DNA from: an uncultured virus (IMG/VR IMGVR_UViG_3300032233_002452)
Taxonomy: Duplodnaviria > Heunggongvirae > Uroviricota > Caudoviricetes
DNA length: 64,000 nt
Strand: one strand, 5' to 3'
IMG/VR virus record: IMGVR_UViG_3300032233_002452
This document shows, piece after piece, positions 17,901-28,630 of this stretch. The position numbers and the translations under genes are program-made. The notes beneath the pieces were generated by a model. It saw nothing but the letters and a program-made list of their open reading frames with translations. It was not told where the DNA came from and did no database searches. How positions within the stretch are numbered: position 1 is the first letter of the stretch; each line of letters starts with the position of its first letter.

Positions 17901-20242
17901 TCAGCAGCATCAACAGCATCAGCAATATTACCAGAATCAATAACTTTGAACGAAGCTTTTCGGATTGTTCCATCAGCTTTGGTAATTGAGAAATGACCGT
18001 ACTGTTCTTCAAATGAACCATCAAGTTTAAATATATCTGAAATCCATAGATTATCAGATTTACCTGGAATTCTGTTTGGTGAGGAAATTGCAACTTGACC
18101 AGCAGCTGTGTAAACTGTTGCGGTGCCAATTGTTGTTCCACCTGTAGTATATGCAAATGTTGTGTTTGCCAAATTTAATTGTTTTGTTTTGGCAGCAGGC
18201 GAATTGTTATCTACAGAAGCAATAACGTCAACAGTAAATGTATTTGATGAATTAAAATTCAATGTTGAAGTTCCACCAGAAACAGAAATTGTTCTGCTTG
18301 CGGTGGTAAATGGAATTACTTGTCCAGATGTAAATTCTGAACTGCTTGCATTATTGGCAACAACGATAAAATGTTCAGTCTTTTGAGATTCTGACAAAGA
18401 ACCAGAGCCAACAAACAACGTTGTAGCTGAACCGGTTGAAAGTGCCAAAGAACCAGAAGAAACTGTTACGTTTGTATATACTTTACGTGTGCGATAAGCT
18501 TGGTCGCTCATTCCATAAGAAACGAAACTTTGTGGAATCGCAAACAATAATGTGTTGTAATTTGTGTCGGAGAAGAATGTATTACCAGCAACAGTACCAC
18601 CTTGTTTATTTGAAGTGTATACGTCTGCGTTTGCTTTGAGTGTAGAACCGGTAGCAATAGTAATAGAATCTACATCTTTGACATTGAACTCAATAGAATA
18701 TACTGAGTTTGCTGTTGGTGAAGTTGGGAAGTTATTTGCAACAGTCAATGTACGAGTTGCAGCAACATAACCCGAAACTCTACGTGCAACGTTATCTCCA
18801 GCAGAACCTGTGGTGATACGAATTGTTGCATTGGCAAATGCATTATCGGTTGCAGGTGATGCACCAGAACCAGGAAGAATCAATGTACTTGTTGAACCAC
18901 CAGTTGCATTACCTGTAATAGGTGTGAATCGGGTATCAAACACATATGCATCATACAAGTATGTGCTTGATAGTTGTGTGTTAGCAGCAGAAACATATTG
19001 CAACTGGCGAACACGAGCAGTACCAATTTTTGTAGAGTTGTATGTTGTATTATTTGCAGTTGTGATTAAACCAGATTGCACACAATGCATATCGGTGGTT
19101 ACCATATTACCGATATCAAAGAAACCTCTTACGTTTGCGGCAACAAAGTAGTTACCATAGTTTGCTGCAATGTCGTAGTTGTTTACAGTTTCAGTTGTAC
19201 GTGCTTTTTCGATTGACAAGTTAGTAGGTGCAATCGTTTCAAATTCATAACCACGTACATATGCTTTACCTGGACTCAAAGAAGCAGTAATGAAACTTGC
19301 GTTGGCGGCCGCACCGGCTGCAGGAACATGGTCTTTCAAGTTCAATGCAAAAGGACGAACGGTGTAATCACCAGATTCGTCAAATGTACGGCGTGCGAAT
19401 GTGGCTTCTAAGTCAGAGTAAATTGGGTACTTAACATTCTTTGTAACAGTACCACCATCAGTACGAACAATTTCAATGAACTTAGAATCGTCTGTAGAGT
19501 CTGTGGTTCTCTTCTCTAGTGTAAGAGTAATTTTGTAACGTGCGGAACCAGGAGCTTGATAGTTTGAAGCATCAAGTGCTGGATCCAACAAAGATGTATC
19601 AGTAACTTCAGTTACGATTTCATCATCATAGATTAGACCAACACGATAAGTAACATCGTTTGTGTACTTACCGAGAATAATTGTTTGTGGCAATACTTTA
19701 ACAAAGAATCCATCAACATAGTAGATGCCTTCATCGATGTGAGCAATAGAACCCAAACCAGATGATGCAGTAGAAATCAATTTAGCATTATATGGAGAAG
19801 CTTCGATAGTATAAATTGTTTGAGCATCAGACAGAACAACACCGGTTGTATACTCAACCATGATTGTTGGAGGCTCAGTATCGGTGGCAGCTGAAACAGC
19901 AACAACCTTACCAAGACCACCTAAGTGGCCTAGTGCGTGAATGTCACCAACTGATTTACCTATAAAGTTGTTAACATCAATATCATTACCATTGATATCT
20001 GTAGTTTCTAATTTGTGATAACGTACCTTTGTTGATACGTTAACTTGACCACCGGTTACAACAGAACCGTGTTTAAAAATGTGGTTACCAAAACGAGAAA
20101 CTTGATTTTGTAGGATTGTTTGTAGTTGAGTTAATTCACGAGCTTGAACTGCGTAACCTGGACGAAACAGAAGACGTAAGAAACGTTTTTCTTCATCATA
20201 ATCGTCATAGTATGGGGTTACATTAAAGTTTCTAATAGTCAT
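14978..20242 (-). CDS. Giant DUF4815/VrlC-type virion structural protein, N-terminal portion
   Basis: PYYDDYD...LFRPGYAVQARELTQLQTILQNQ, RRTFDESGDY, RYTMKDIGRLEKRIDNLEYYTSL, RFKNGILVDNF. Confidence 0.85.
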   Translation of the reverse strand: MTIRNFNVTPYYDDYDEEKRFLRLLFRPGYAVQARELTQLQTILQNQVSRFGNHIFKHGSVVTGGQVNVSTKVRYHKLETTDINGNDIDVNNFIGKSVGDIHALGHLGGLGKVVAVSAATDTEPPTIMVEYTTGVVLSDAQTIYTIEASPYNAKLISTASSGLGSIAHIDEGIYYVDGFFVKVLPQTIILGKYTNDVTYRVGLIYDDEIVTEVTDTSLLDPALDASNYQAPGSARYKITLTLEKRTTDSTDDSKFIEIVRTDGGTVTKNVKYPIYSDLEATFARRTFDESGDYTVRPFALNLKDHVPAAGAAANASFITASLSPGKAYVRGYEFETIAPTNLSIEKARTTETVNNYDIAANYGNYFVAANVRGFFDIGNMVTTDMHCVQSGLITTANNTTYNSTKIGTARVRQLQYVSAANTQLSSTYLYDAYVFDTRFTPITGNATGGSTSTLILPGSGASPATDNAFANATIRITTGSAGDNVARRVSGYVAATRTLTVANNFPTSPTANSVYSIEFNVKDVDSITIATGSTLKANADVYTSNKQGGTVAGNTFFSDTNYNTLLFAIPQSFVSYGMSDQAYRTRKVYTNVTVSSGSLALSTGSATTLFVGSGSLSESQKTEHFIVVANNASSSEFTSGQVIPFTTASRTISVSGGTSTLNFNSSNTFTVDVIASVDNNSPAAKTKQLNLANTTFAYTTGGTTIGTATVYTAAGQVAISSPNRIPGKSDNLWISDIFKLDGSFEEQYGHFSITKADGTIRKASFKVIDSGNIADAVDAADMASSSRDITDRYILDDGQRDNYYDHGAITLRPGSLPPTGQILVLVNYFTHVGDGYCSVDSYTHINLGATADVRYAKIPKYTSPTSGTIYNLRDCIDFRPIRANAVNVTPNFTLNGVAIPKADESLTSDYSYYVPRIDKVVLKAEREFQVIKGLPAVNAQTPVTPDNAMALYTILLSPYTFFPNDTVVRYVENKRYTMKDIGRLEKRIDNLEYYTSLNSLEKTAADTTVLDENGLERFKNGILVDNFRGHGVGDVSNFEYRCSVDKSKGELRPPFVPTSHAFVIDANNTTSNISAGSIATTSFISEAAIVQDIASNAILVNPFTMTNYVGSIDLTPASDTWVDTKKNPDVLVNLQGSNDAWDAIGKALNDPRSNLPGWGENWNNWEDVAGSKTVTNDRYSVQTINGDEYRDPNNSNLVIRDVSERVTQQFTLQQTRSGTQQIMVPETITKSIGNRQVDLSVIPYIRAQKVIAVAKNLRSNERIHIFFDDIKINDFIERPACLYLYNATSNFHDKFGEYETVTSSSGGRGTVIFQGGRSWSLNQARIYLVDVSGTFAANDTVTGAKSGATAKIDIPVICTGGVTTASSTTITLTNGMPYNNWYSNFSAVFPTINWPSTGLKVMDKADQDEIRGYKYIKIIAGKGLGQTRTITAYNGSTKVATISAAWTIIPDSTSIYTVGNLYTNDFGVAPARVHFPSYEQSGLRFRTGSRLIRICNDTNNNIDNITSFADAYFHANGLLNTVEEVSVSVRVPTLQTKQLSASQTSAPRYAVLDPVVTQSGILVRDETPAPGGDDCKIICAKLNKLGYFENDINTADQRFGVMLKRRYPMTYKGYVYWAQTVVDWMEGKGPNLGFFWPDQTNRTEIQKNFVIKYANKMARPWAEEMACMMKVRKESNLAGKIMMGIGLPICALIGWINPRLDKEDTLLKGYTIFFTLSFFYFVTMALTAVTTPFEKIKNFIKSKIVNKFIGNTNV

Positions 20243-20250
20243 TTTATTCC

Positions 20251-21801
20251 TTAAAACCTAACAACAAATCTGATGTTTTCTGATTGACCATTTGAACGCT
20301 CAACTTTTTTGAAATTTTCTGCATATAGTATGTCACCGGTATACGGTTGAAATTCTGGCCTTTTAATATTAACTACTGTTCTGCTTACTGCGGAATTTTC
20401 ACCAATTAAACCTTGGCCAACAACAGCAGAACCTCTTACTTTTGTTAAACGCACCACGTTAGATGTTTGTGCATGTACAAAACCAACAAAGGACTGATAT
20501 TCTGGTGTACCTTGATAAACCATCTCATTCAATTGATATTGTGTACCTGAAACCAATGTAATATCCGTTGTCTGTGAAATTACAGTATTAGAAGTGGTAG
20601 TATTTGCAGCACTTATTCTTCCATATTTATATGGGTCTCTTAGAAGACCATACTGTCGGAATGTTGTATTTGTAGAAATTATTCCACCTTCAGTAGAATC
20701 AATTGCACCAATCTTAACTGCAACCATTACATTGTTTGCAGACAATTCTTTTGCGGGGTTAAATGCATGGCCAAATTGTGGTGGCAATATAACTCTTGCA
20801 TTTGCAGCGGTGCCAGAACCATAAATTTTAACATTGGCATAATTGTAGTCTCTACCATATGTTGACAACGTGATAGAATTTAATGTTCCGCCTTGCACGT
20901 TTGCACTTGCAGCTGCGCCAGTTCCATCACCAATGATATAAACTCTAGTTGAAATGGTAATTGTGTTTGCGCTATTTGCACCGCCACCGTTTGCAGTAGT
21001 CGCAAGAGATATATTAATAATATTGTTTGGTGTATCAATACTTGTAATATGTGTACCCACAGATATACCTGTGCCTGATACGGCCATATTAGAAGATACG
21101 TTACCCAATGTGGATATGCGTAAGAATGATTGACCTGTGGTAAATGCGGTTGCGGTTGCGTTTACTGTCTGATAACCAGAACCACTATTTGTAACAACAA
21201 TTCGGTTAATTTGACCAGGAACAACACCTGTAGGATTTACATTATAGTCCAATTTTGAACTACTGACTGGTGCTGGAATCCATGTATTGGAAATAAACTT
21301 ATTAAACGGTTTAACGTTATACATGTACTTCCAAATATAACCATCAGAAGTAGAGATTGTACCGTTTGATGTGTTATAGTCACCAGTTGGTTCAATTGTT
21401 GATATTACAGCAGTACCGTTTGATAAACATTTATATACATTACGTTCGGCAGTAATAATATACATGCCATTTAAATTTTGACTCGCATTCGCAGTCAATA
21501 AACTGGTCATGTCAATGGTGTCATCAAATGAACGATAACGAACATTTGGCGTCCACTCTTTTCTTGGAATAACAAGTTCCACATCGTTGCCAGTAATTTT
21601 CTTTGCGGCATACATGTTATCCCAAGTTTCTTTTTCAAACTTAACTGTATCTTGAGCCGCAGGAACTACATCCTCATTTACATAAGGAACATGGTTTGCA
21701 AGGTAAATATAACCAATCGTGGCCGGTTCTGGTTCATAGAACGATTCTTTGAACTGTTCAGCTGTATTAAACGATAGTCTTGTGGTTGTGGTAGATGACA
21801 T
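20251..21801 (-). CDS. gp8: Baseplate wedge subunit
   Basis: VYKCLSN...DGYIWKYMY, FRQYGLLRDP, GDILY.EN. Confidence 0.85.
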   Translation of the reverse strand: MSSTTTTRLSFNTAEQFKESFYEPEPATIGYIYLANHVPYVNEDVVPAAQDTVKFEKETWDNMYAAKKITGNDVELVIPRKEWTPNVRYRSFDDTIDMTSLLTANASQNLNGMYIITAERNVYKCLSNGTAVISTIEPTGDYNTSNGTISTSDGYIWKYMYNVKPFNKFISNTWIPAPVSSSKLDYNVNPTGVVPGQINRIVVTNSGSGYQTVNATATAFTTGQSFLRISTLGNVSSNMAVSGTGISVGTHITSIDTPNNIINISLATTANGGGANSANTITISTRVYIIGDGTGAAASANVQGGTLNSITLSTYGRDYNYANVKIYGSGTAANARVILPPQFGHAFNPAKELSANNVMVAVKIGAIDSTEGGIISTNTTFRQYGLLRDPYKYGRISAANTTTSNTVISQTTDITLVSGTQYQLNEMVYQGTPEYQSFVGFVHAQTSNVVRLTKVRGSAVVGQGLIGENSAVSRTVVNIKRPEFQPYTGDILYAENFKKVERSNGQSENIRFVVRF

Positions 21802-21819
21802 GGTGTTATTTATTTCTCA

Positions 21820-23679
21820 TTACCAAGCATCACTTGAAGAAATTCTACTCCAAACATTTGTTGTCCCATTATAAGTTGCGGTGCAATAGTAGAAATAATT
21901 ATTAGCAAGATATACCATGCCTTTAGTATCACCAGAGGCACCTTTATTGGTCGATGGTGCAGCAGCAACAAATACAACTGAATTTGCAACAATGACATTA
22001 ATGTTTGCCACATTGGCATTGGTTGAAACTAAATTGTTTGCAGTTGTGTTGGCTTGATTTCTTACTACTTGAATTCTATCAAGGTTGGCGTTAACTCTAA
22101 CATCAAGGTCTGATGCAAGAGATGAGGTAGAATTTGCCAAACTATATCCGGCATTCGCATGTGCATAAGCACCATTGGCGTGGGCGAATGCGAGGTTGGC
22201 AGAAGATTCTAAAGTAATTGCTAAACTGCCTAATTGCAATGCCGTGTTGGCAACATCGTGTGCTGAATTGGCATGAACTCTTGCCGCATTGGCCTGAACG
22301 AATGCTGGCGTTGCAATGTTTGCTTGAGTATAAACTGTTGCAATTGTATTTGAGTTGGTATTAGCAACAATGTATGCGGCATTTGCGTGTGCGAATGCTG
22401 GTGTTGCAATATTAGCCTGAGTGTAAATTACTACAAGATTGTTTGCGTTTGTATTGGCCAATGCATAGGCTGCGTTAGCATTAAACAATGCTAAGTTGGC
22501 AGTATTTGCAGATACCGCACCAACGTTTGCTTGATTATATGCCGCATTCGCAGTTGCAGAAGCATAGTTTGCGGTATTATTTGCAGTTGTCGCAGTATTA
22601 CCAGAATTGTTTGCAACCTGAAAAGCTGCATTGGCATACACACCACCGCTTGTAACGGTCAAAATCAATGTTGCAATAGCCGAAGTTGATGTGTTTGCTT
22701 GGTCATATGCACCACGAGCATGTACGTTCGCTGAGTTGGCGGTAGCAAATGCACTATTGATAAAGTTCGTATTCAATGTAACAGACAAACTATTTGCAAA
22801 ATTGTATGCTGAGTTTGCATGAATGACTACAGAGTTGACAGTATTTGATACTGTGCTTAATGTCTGTGCGGTAGTATTTGCTTGTAACCAAACTGTTGCG
22901 ATTGTATTCGAGTTGGTGTTAGCAACCAAGTATGCCGCATTGGCATATGCACCAGCAGAGTTTGCATTAATTGTTGCTAAGTTTGCGGCATTCCAACCAG
23001 CAACCGCAATGTTACTTACGTTTGCAATATTGGATGCAACATTGATTGTAATTGTGTTGGATAGTACATTTGCGGCGTTATAAGCAGAATTTGCATGTGC
23101 ATAAGCACTTAATGTTAATCCAACGTTTGCGGTTGATACTAAAGTGTTTGCTAAATTAAAGGCACCGTTTGCGTGAATGTATGCGGTATTGGCAGCTTCA
23201 AATGCTGGTGTTGCAATGTTAGCCTGTGCAAATGCAGCCACGGCAGTAGTGTTTGCGGAACGTGCAATTGTGTTAACCGTGTTACCTAAACTGAATGAGG
23301 CTAGCGCCGTGGTGTTTGCTGACAGAGCAATTGTGTTAACTGTATTTGCCAGATTAAATGCACCTGTCGCATGACCTGAAGCAAAGTTTGCAGTAGTATT
23401 TGCAGTATTGGCCGTGTTTGCGGCACCGTTTGCATGTGCAAATGCTGGTGTTGCGATATTTGCCTGTGTGAAAGCTGCGTTAGCTCGGTCAAATGCAGTA
23501 TTGGCACGACTATAAGCAATGTTTGCATAGTTATCGACAGCCAAATCCAGACTGGATAACGTCAGTTGTTTTGTCGTGAATGTACCACTACTTTTATCGA
23601 CAACAACAAACACCGTATTGTCGGTGTTTGCGTCTGGTGTACTCAGTAGAGGTAAGTCCGTGATTCGTGTAGATGCCAT
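21820..23679 (-). CDS. Ala/Asn-rich repetitive coiled-coil fibre protein
   Basis: Long ANxA repeats, four QANIATPAF units, C-terminal G..G...YFYYC...WSR cap. Confidence 0.7.
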   Translation of the reverse strand: MASTRITDLPLLSTPDANTDNTVFVVVDKSSGTFTTKQLTLSSLDLAVDNYANIAYSRANTAFDRANAAFTQANIATPAFAHANGAANTANTANTTANFASGHATGAFNLANTVNTIALSANTTALASFSLGNTVNTIARSANTTAVAAFAQANIATPAFEAANTAYIHANGAFNLANTLVSTANVGLTLSAYAHANSAYNAANVLSNTITINVASNIANVSNIAVAGWNAANLATINANSAGAYANAAYLVANTNSNTIATVWLQANTTAQTLSTVSNTVNSVVIHANSAYNFANSLSVTLNTNFINSAFATANSANVHARGAYDQANTSTSAIATLILTVTSGGVYANAAFQVANNSGNTATTANNTANYASATANAAYNQANVGAVSANTANLALFNANAAYALANTNANNLVVIYTQANIATPAFAHANAAYIVANTNSNTIATVYTQANIATPAFVQANAARVHANSAHDVANTALQLGSLAITLESSANLAFAHANGAYAHANAGYSLANSTSSLASDLDVRVNANLDRIQVVRNQANTTANNLVSTNANVANINVIVANSVVFVAAAPSTNKGASGDTKGMVYLANNYFYYCTATYNGTTNVWSRISSSDAW

Positions 23680-23700
23680 CTATATTCCTATTAATCCGTT

Positions 23701-23708
23701 TATTTATA
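23701..23708 (-). promoter_or_regulatory. T4-type late promoter TATAAATA
   Basis: Exact consensus upstream of ATG 23679. Confidence 0.75.
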
Positions 23709-23720
23709 ACGCCAGATTAG

Positions 23721-26591
23721 TTAACTTGTTTTTCGATACAAAATTGCGGTGCCAGAACTTGGAATGTTTGGTGTGATGTAGACCTTATAAACTTTTCCGT
23801 CAGTTTCTACATTTCTTGAAATAACTCTTACTTCATAACCATCAATTACAACATTAGAACCAACAACGATACCTGCAGCATTCATATCAACGTTGTAAGC
23901 GTCTGTTGAAATAGAGTAGTAATAGTAGTCTGCCAGACCAACCTGTGCGGTATTAGCAGGTGTCGTTGGTACATATGGTTCTTCACGTACAACAGGAATT
24001 CCTTCTTCTGTGCTGATGCCGCCTGTGCCAACACCGCCAATACCAGAAATTGGCATTATAATAACAATAATTTCTGAGTTGACAATGTTGCTTGTGAGAT
24101 TAGGTGTAACAGTAATTGTGTTGGAGTTGACAATATTAGAAATAACAACAATCTCATTGTTAACACTAATGATAGAACCATTAGAGATAAGTTGATTGTT
24201 TGCCGCACCAGTAAAGTTAATTGTGTTACTTGTAATTGTTGATGTATTGCTTCTACCGTTTGCGTAACCAGAAATAGTAGCAATAGAGCCAGGATTCGTT
24301 AAGTCACCATCAACAAAGTTTCTAGTATTGATAATAACATCTAATGCTGACCATTCACCATGTTCTTGGAAACCAGCTGGGTGCAACAATTGTTTGATTA
24401 CGTTTTTATAACGTGAGAATTCAATTTGTGTTGAAATTACATATGAGTAATCGTGATAATAATTACCAGATTCTAAACGTGTCTCTTCAGATGACAATAA
24501 ACCATCTGAAGTTACAAAACGACCTGGTAATGAAATGTATGGGTTTTCAATCTGTGCATTAGCAGTTGCGGTGCCGTCACCTGATTGTGTCAAATCAATT
24601 TGTGGAACATCTAAGTAACCGTTACCAGGACTTGTAATGGTGATAACAAGAATTTCACCAGATTTTTTATTTGATTGGCCAACAAGAATTTCACCATCAC
24701 CAAGAATTGATGTAATTACTACGTTAGCGCCATTACCTGTTGGTGATGAAACGACCGTTGTTGGCAATGCACCTTGTTCATAACCTTGTCCACCAACCAA
24801 ATACAAGTCATAGTTACCAACTTTTTTGTTAGTAGTATTGAATGTGAAATTATTATTTGCAACCATGTATGTGTCTGATGAAACTGACGATACAAAGTTG
24901 ACTTGATTATTAATCATAATCTTAGCACCAATACGCAACTCTGACATGAATAGTGTGCCGGTGCCAATTACAACTGTTGAGTTTGCGGTGGTGTTTGCTG
25001 TACCTGAAATTCTATATGGTTGAAATTCCATAACCTGAATCATACCATTTGAAGCGACTTTAGTTACGGCAGCTGCTGCACCTAATCCTTTTTCACCAGG
25101 TTTGTTAGTAAACAATATTTCATCACCAACAGCATATCCTGTTCCACCTGCGTTAATTTTAAAACGACCTAGTGAACCATAATCATTAATATAAAAAGTG
25201 TTGTTTGCAAACTCAGTACTTGCACCCAAAGCATTCAATGGAGGCGGTGATGAGAATGTACCATTTGAACTTAATAGTGCAACTGAAACAATTGGTCCTA
25301 AACCAGTAAAAGTGGTATTTGATAATGCATCAGCAATAACAGTATTAATTGTTTCGGAAGGAACAACAATAGCAGGAAACAAATAGTCTGTAGAAGACAA
25401 TAATGTATTTTTGTACGTTTCAATAATGTCCGGTGAAATCACAAAGGTATTTGGACTCAAGTTGGTAGCATAACCACCAGCATCAACTTCATCTATGGCA
25501 AGGCGTAAAACTTCAGGTGGAAAACCAATAGGTAAAACATCTGAACCTGGTTTGAATCCAGCACCACCATAAGTTACAACAATTCTTTCAATAGAGCCGG
25601 CAAAAACTTGACTAACAATAGCCGTAGCAGGAGTTGATGCGCCGCCACCAAAAACAATAACCACATCACCAACGTTATAACCAGAACCACCATTGATAAC
25701 GTTGATGGTTCTTAAAATAGAAATTGTTTGAGCTTTGATTTTAACCAATACACCATTGGTGTTAAAGATATCAAAAAGTACTCGTTCACCTTCTTTAAAT
25801 TTACCTATTACATTTTTTTCAAATGTGAATAGTGAAAACACCGGTAATTCATTGATGTTTTCTTCAACAATCTTTTCTGTGATAGTTGTTGCACCAGAAA
25901 TTTCACCAGTAATCTTTCGACTGGCAAATTGACTAGGATTTAATGAAGTAAAATTCTTATAATAAACTTCAACCTCGGCACCATCTGCCGGTGCGGTAAG
26001 AAAGACTAAACGCAAATATTCTTTTTGTGTATAGTATGTTGATGGGTTTTGTTCAGTACCATTAATCGTGACTGTAATGTCTTCTTTTGATACAGGTAAA
26101 ATTAAATCAAATTTTTTATTTACACCATTACCTTCATAGTAACTAAAAAAGTTCTTACTAATACGTAATTTGTTATCTACAATCCATGTACCATCGGATG
26201 CACGTAGTATGTTTTCCGATGGTCGTCTAAATTCAATCTCTTTATTATAGAGCGCACGAAATAAAAATTTAAAAGATTTTTCACTACCTTTGGTCAAATA
26301 AAGAGGCAAAATATTCTTTAATAAGTATGCCTTGTCAATTACAGCGTCTTTAGGAATAAAACGCATGAATGTTTCCATGAAGTAGTCTTCAAACTCATCA
26401 ATGGATTCGTCTACGTTACTTAAATCTTTTAATGTCTGCGCTTTAGCAAGAAGGTCATTAGTTTGTGTGCCTTGTTTATTTTCAAGGAACTCATAGTATG
26501 CCTCAAGAAAAGATTGGAATTTAGGATACTCTTCCCTCACATAAGAAGGGAGTTGTTTTCCAACCAATAATGATAGTTTTTCTGAACTCAT
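23721..26591 (-). CDS. gp7: Baseplate wedge initiator-like protein
   Basis: QLPSYVREEYPKF..FLEAYYEFLE, KGSEKSFKFLFR, YYHDYSYVI, LLHPAG; between gp6 and gp8. Confidence 0.75.
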   Translation of the reverse strand: MSSEKLSLLVGKQLPSYVREEYPKFQSFLEAYYEFLENKQGTQTNDLLAKAQTLKDLSNVDESIDEFEDYFMETFMRFIPKDAVIDKAYLLKNILPLYLTKGSEKSFKFLFRALYNKEIEFRRPSENILRASDGTWIVDNKLRISKNFFSYYEGNGVNKKFDLILPVSKEDITVTINGTEQNPSTYYTQKEYLRLVFLTAPADGAEVEVYYKNFTSLNPSQFASRKITGEISGATTITEKIVEENINELPVFSLFTFEKNVIGKFKEGERVLFDIFNTNGVLVKIKAQTISILRTINVINGGSGYNVGDVVIVFGGGASTPATAIVSQVFAGSIERIVVTYGGAGFKPGSDVLPIGFPPEVLRLAIDEVDAGGYATNLSPNTFVISPDIIETYKNTLLSSTDYLFPAIVVPSETINTVIADALSNTTFTGLGPIVSVALLSSNGTFSSPPPLNALGASTEFANNTFYINDYGSLGRFKINAGGTGYAVGDEILFTNKPGEKGLGAAAAVTKVASNGMIQVMEFQPYRISGTANTTANSTVVIGTGTLFMSELRIGAKIMINNQVNFVSSVSSDTYMVANNNFTFNTTNKKVGNYDLYLVGGQGYEQGALPTTVVSSPTGNGANVVITSILGDGEILVGQSNKKSGEILVITITSPGNGYLDVPQIDLTQSGDGTATANAQIENPYISLPGRFVTSDGLLSSEETRLESGNYYHDYSYVISTQIEFSRYKNVIKQLLHPAGFQEHGEWSALDVIINTRNFVDGDLTNPGSIATISGYANGRSNTSTITSNTINFTGAANNQLISNGSIISVNNEIVVISNIVNSNTITVTPNLTSNIVNSEIIVIIMPISGIGGVGTGGISTEEGIPVVREEPYVPTTPANTAQVGLADYYYYSISTDAYNVDMNAAGIVVGSNVVIDGYEVRVISRNVETDGKVYKVYITPNIPSSGTAILYRKTS

Positions 26592-28630
26592 TAAATTGCT
26601 TCTAATTCTAACGCAATAGCTGTTGGGTCGTTTTCGTCAATTGTGATAATTGTACTTCTCTGCGATTGAATAATATCATTCTCAGATTCAACATCAAGAC
26701 GCATTAAATTGTCCGATGAGGACAAACTAACAATACGTAAATTGTTAATAGTTACATATCCAGTATCGTAGTTGATTGAACCAACATCCGAATTGATAAT
26801 TTGTTTTTCCGCATTGGTGTCGAAGTAAACAACACGTAATGTACCGATTCTGCCTGTTGCCAGAGCAGAAGCACTTGCCGAAACACCGCCACCGCCTGTG
26901 ATTGTCACAACGGCACGGGTATATCCTGTGCCTCGGTTGGTGATATCGATTCGGTTCAAACGGCCGTTAACAATAACAGCCTCTGCGGTCGCACCAAAAC
27001 CGTCACCTGTGATTGTAACTGTAGGAGTTGTTATGTAGTTATATCCAGGATTCGTAACGTCAATCTGTTCGATACCCGTGAATGATTGGGCAGTCTCTTC
27101 AATTTGAGCATTTCTCAACACACCAAATGTATCATATGTGGTAAACTCGGTAGATAACATTCGGTTAACTACTGTACCACGGTGTAGTGCGGAATTGTAA
27201 TCGATTATGTAAGATGCAATCTGGTTAATCTTAGGCTCAAAACGTTTTTCTAAACGCAGTCTTGTTTCGGAACCAATAAATGAAATGTCGGTATTGTCAA
27301 TTTCATCTTGCAATTTAGATAATACAAACAACGCACCAAATTTGTTCAAGTTGTTCAAGTTATAATTTAATACTGAATTTCTAGTAGCATTCAACAAAAA
27401 AGGAGTATTGTTGACTGTTTTTCTTTTCTCATATTTAATTTTAGTGGTTGTTTTCAAGTACAAATAATTTGGGTCACGAATTTCAATATTAACACCAACA
27501 ATAGATTTTGGTTTAATGATGTCTTCAATAATGTATGCTTTTTCTGACTCTGAAATATAATAGTTTTGTTTTGGTTTCAAAGATACAAACACTTTACCAT
27601 AAACTTTTGGTACTTCATCTTCACCACCCCAAACGGATAAAGAATCAACGCTTGGGTAGTTACGTTTAATATATGATTCATAATCTTTGAATGTGACTAA
27701 ACGATTTTGTGTTGTAAACTGTGATGGTGCAGAATATTTAATACTATCAACGGTTTCACGTGATGAACCGCCAGATGCGACTGTGATAACATCTACTCGA
27801 ATTACATTAAAGATGCCGAGGGCCGAGGCTGCTACAAAGTCTGTTGACTTATTTGCAGAAACACCATTTGTTACCAAGTATTCAATATTTACAATAGCTC
27901 CATCAGGTAACTTTTTGCCAACATTGCCATCGCCAAAATAAATCTCATACTTGCCATCACGACCTTCTTGTAAAAAGAAAACTTCAGACAATGCAGAAAC
28001 TTCAAAGATATCGGTAACACGACTATAAACAGTACTACTTGTATTTGAAGATGATGGTGAAACACTTACTTTGAGTGTCTTGGTATCAATGTTCTCATCT
28101 TGTAATTTGAAAATAGATTTTGGATTCTCAGTCAATGAATGTTCATAACGATATGTTACTAACTGACCTTCATAGATATCAATATTTTCAAAAGAAAAAT
28201 CAGTATTCGCTTTAGTGATTGTTACGTCTTCTAATGTTACAAAATTGTAAGTACGGCCGTCAAGAATACCAGAAATGAAACGATATCCTTTTGGAATAGT
28301 CAAAGTCTCTGTTGTATTAGTCGCCGTATCTACAAGAATATTAACTGTGGCTTTTGAAGCATTCACAGAAAACGGTATATAACCTAATGTCTTTGCATGA
28401 GAAACTACAGAATCACGCAATAGTGCAGTATCCAAAAATGACTCATTTGCCACCATATTTAAATAGTAAGCATTGTAGTGAGTGTTGTATGCCAACAAAT
28501 CAACAAGCACACTTAGGCCAGCGCCTTCAAAGTCGTAGTCTTGAAATTCTGTTTGTTGTTTTAGAAAGTTTTTAAGATTTGACTTGATTGTGTCAAAGTC
28601 AAGGTCTGTAACCTTTAAACGGTCTGCCAT
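26591..28630 (-). CDS. gp6: Baseplate wedge subunit
   Basis: LDFDTIKSNLKNFL..Q.EFQDYDFEGAGL..LLAYNTHY, QNRLVT..DY. Confidence 0.92.
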   Translation of the reverse strand: MADRLKVTDLDFDTIKSNLKNFLKQQTEFQDYDFEGAGLSVLVDLLAYNTHYNAYYLNMVANESFLDTALLRDSVVSHAKTLGYIPFSVNASKATVNILVDTATNTTETLTIPKGYRFISGILDGRTYNFVTLEDVTITKANTDFSFENIDIYEGQLVTYRYEHSLTENPKSIFKLQDENIDTKTLKVSVSPSSSNTSSTVYSRVTDIFEVSALSEVFFLQEGRDGKYEIYFGDGNVGKKLPDGAIVNIEYLVTNGVSANKSTDFVAASALGIFNVIRVDVITVASGGSSRETVDSIKYSAPSQFTTQNRLVTFKDYESYIKRNYPSVDSLSVWGGEDEVPKVYGKVFVSLKPKQNYYISESEKAYIIEDIIKPKSIVGVNIEIRDPNYLYLKTTTKIKYEKRKTVNNTPFLLNATRNSVLNYNLNNLNKFGALFVLSKLQDEIDNTDISFIGSETRLRLEKRFEPKINQIASYIIDYNSALHRGTVVNRMLSTEFTTYDTFGVLRNAQIEETAQSFTGIEQIDVTNPGYNYITTPTVTITGDGFGATAEAVIVNGRLNRIDITNRGTGYTRAVVTITGGGGVSASASALATGRIGTLRVVYFDTNAEKQIINSDVGSINYDTGYVTINNLRIVSLSSSDNLMRLDVESENDIIQSQRSTIITIDENDPTAIALELEAI

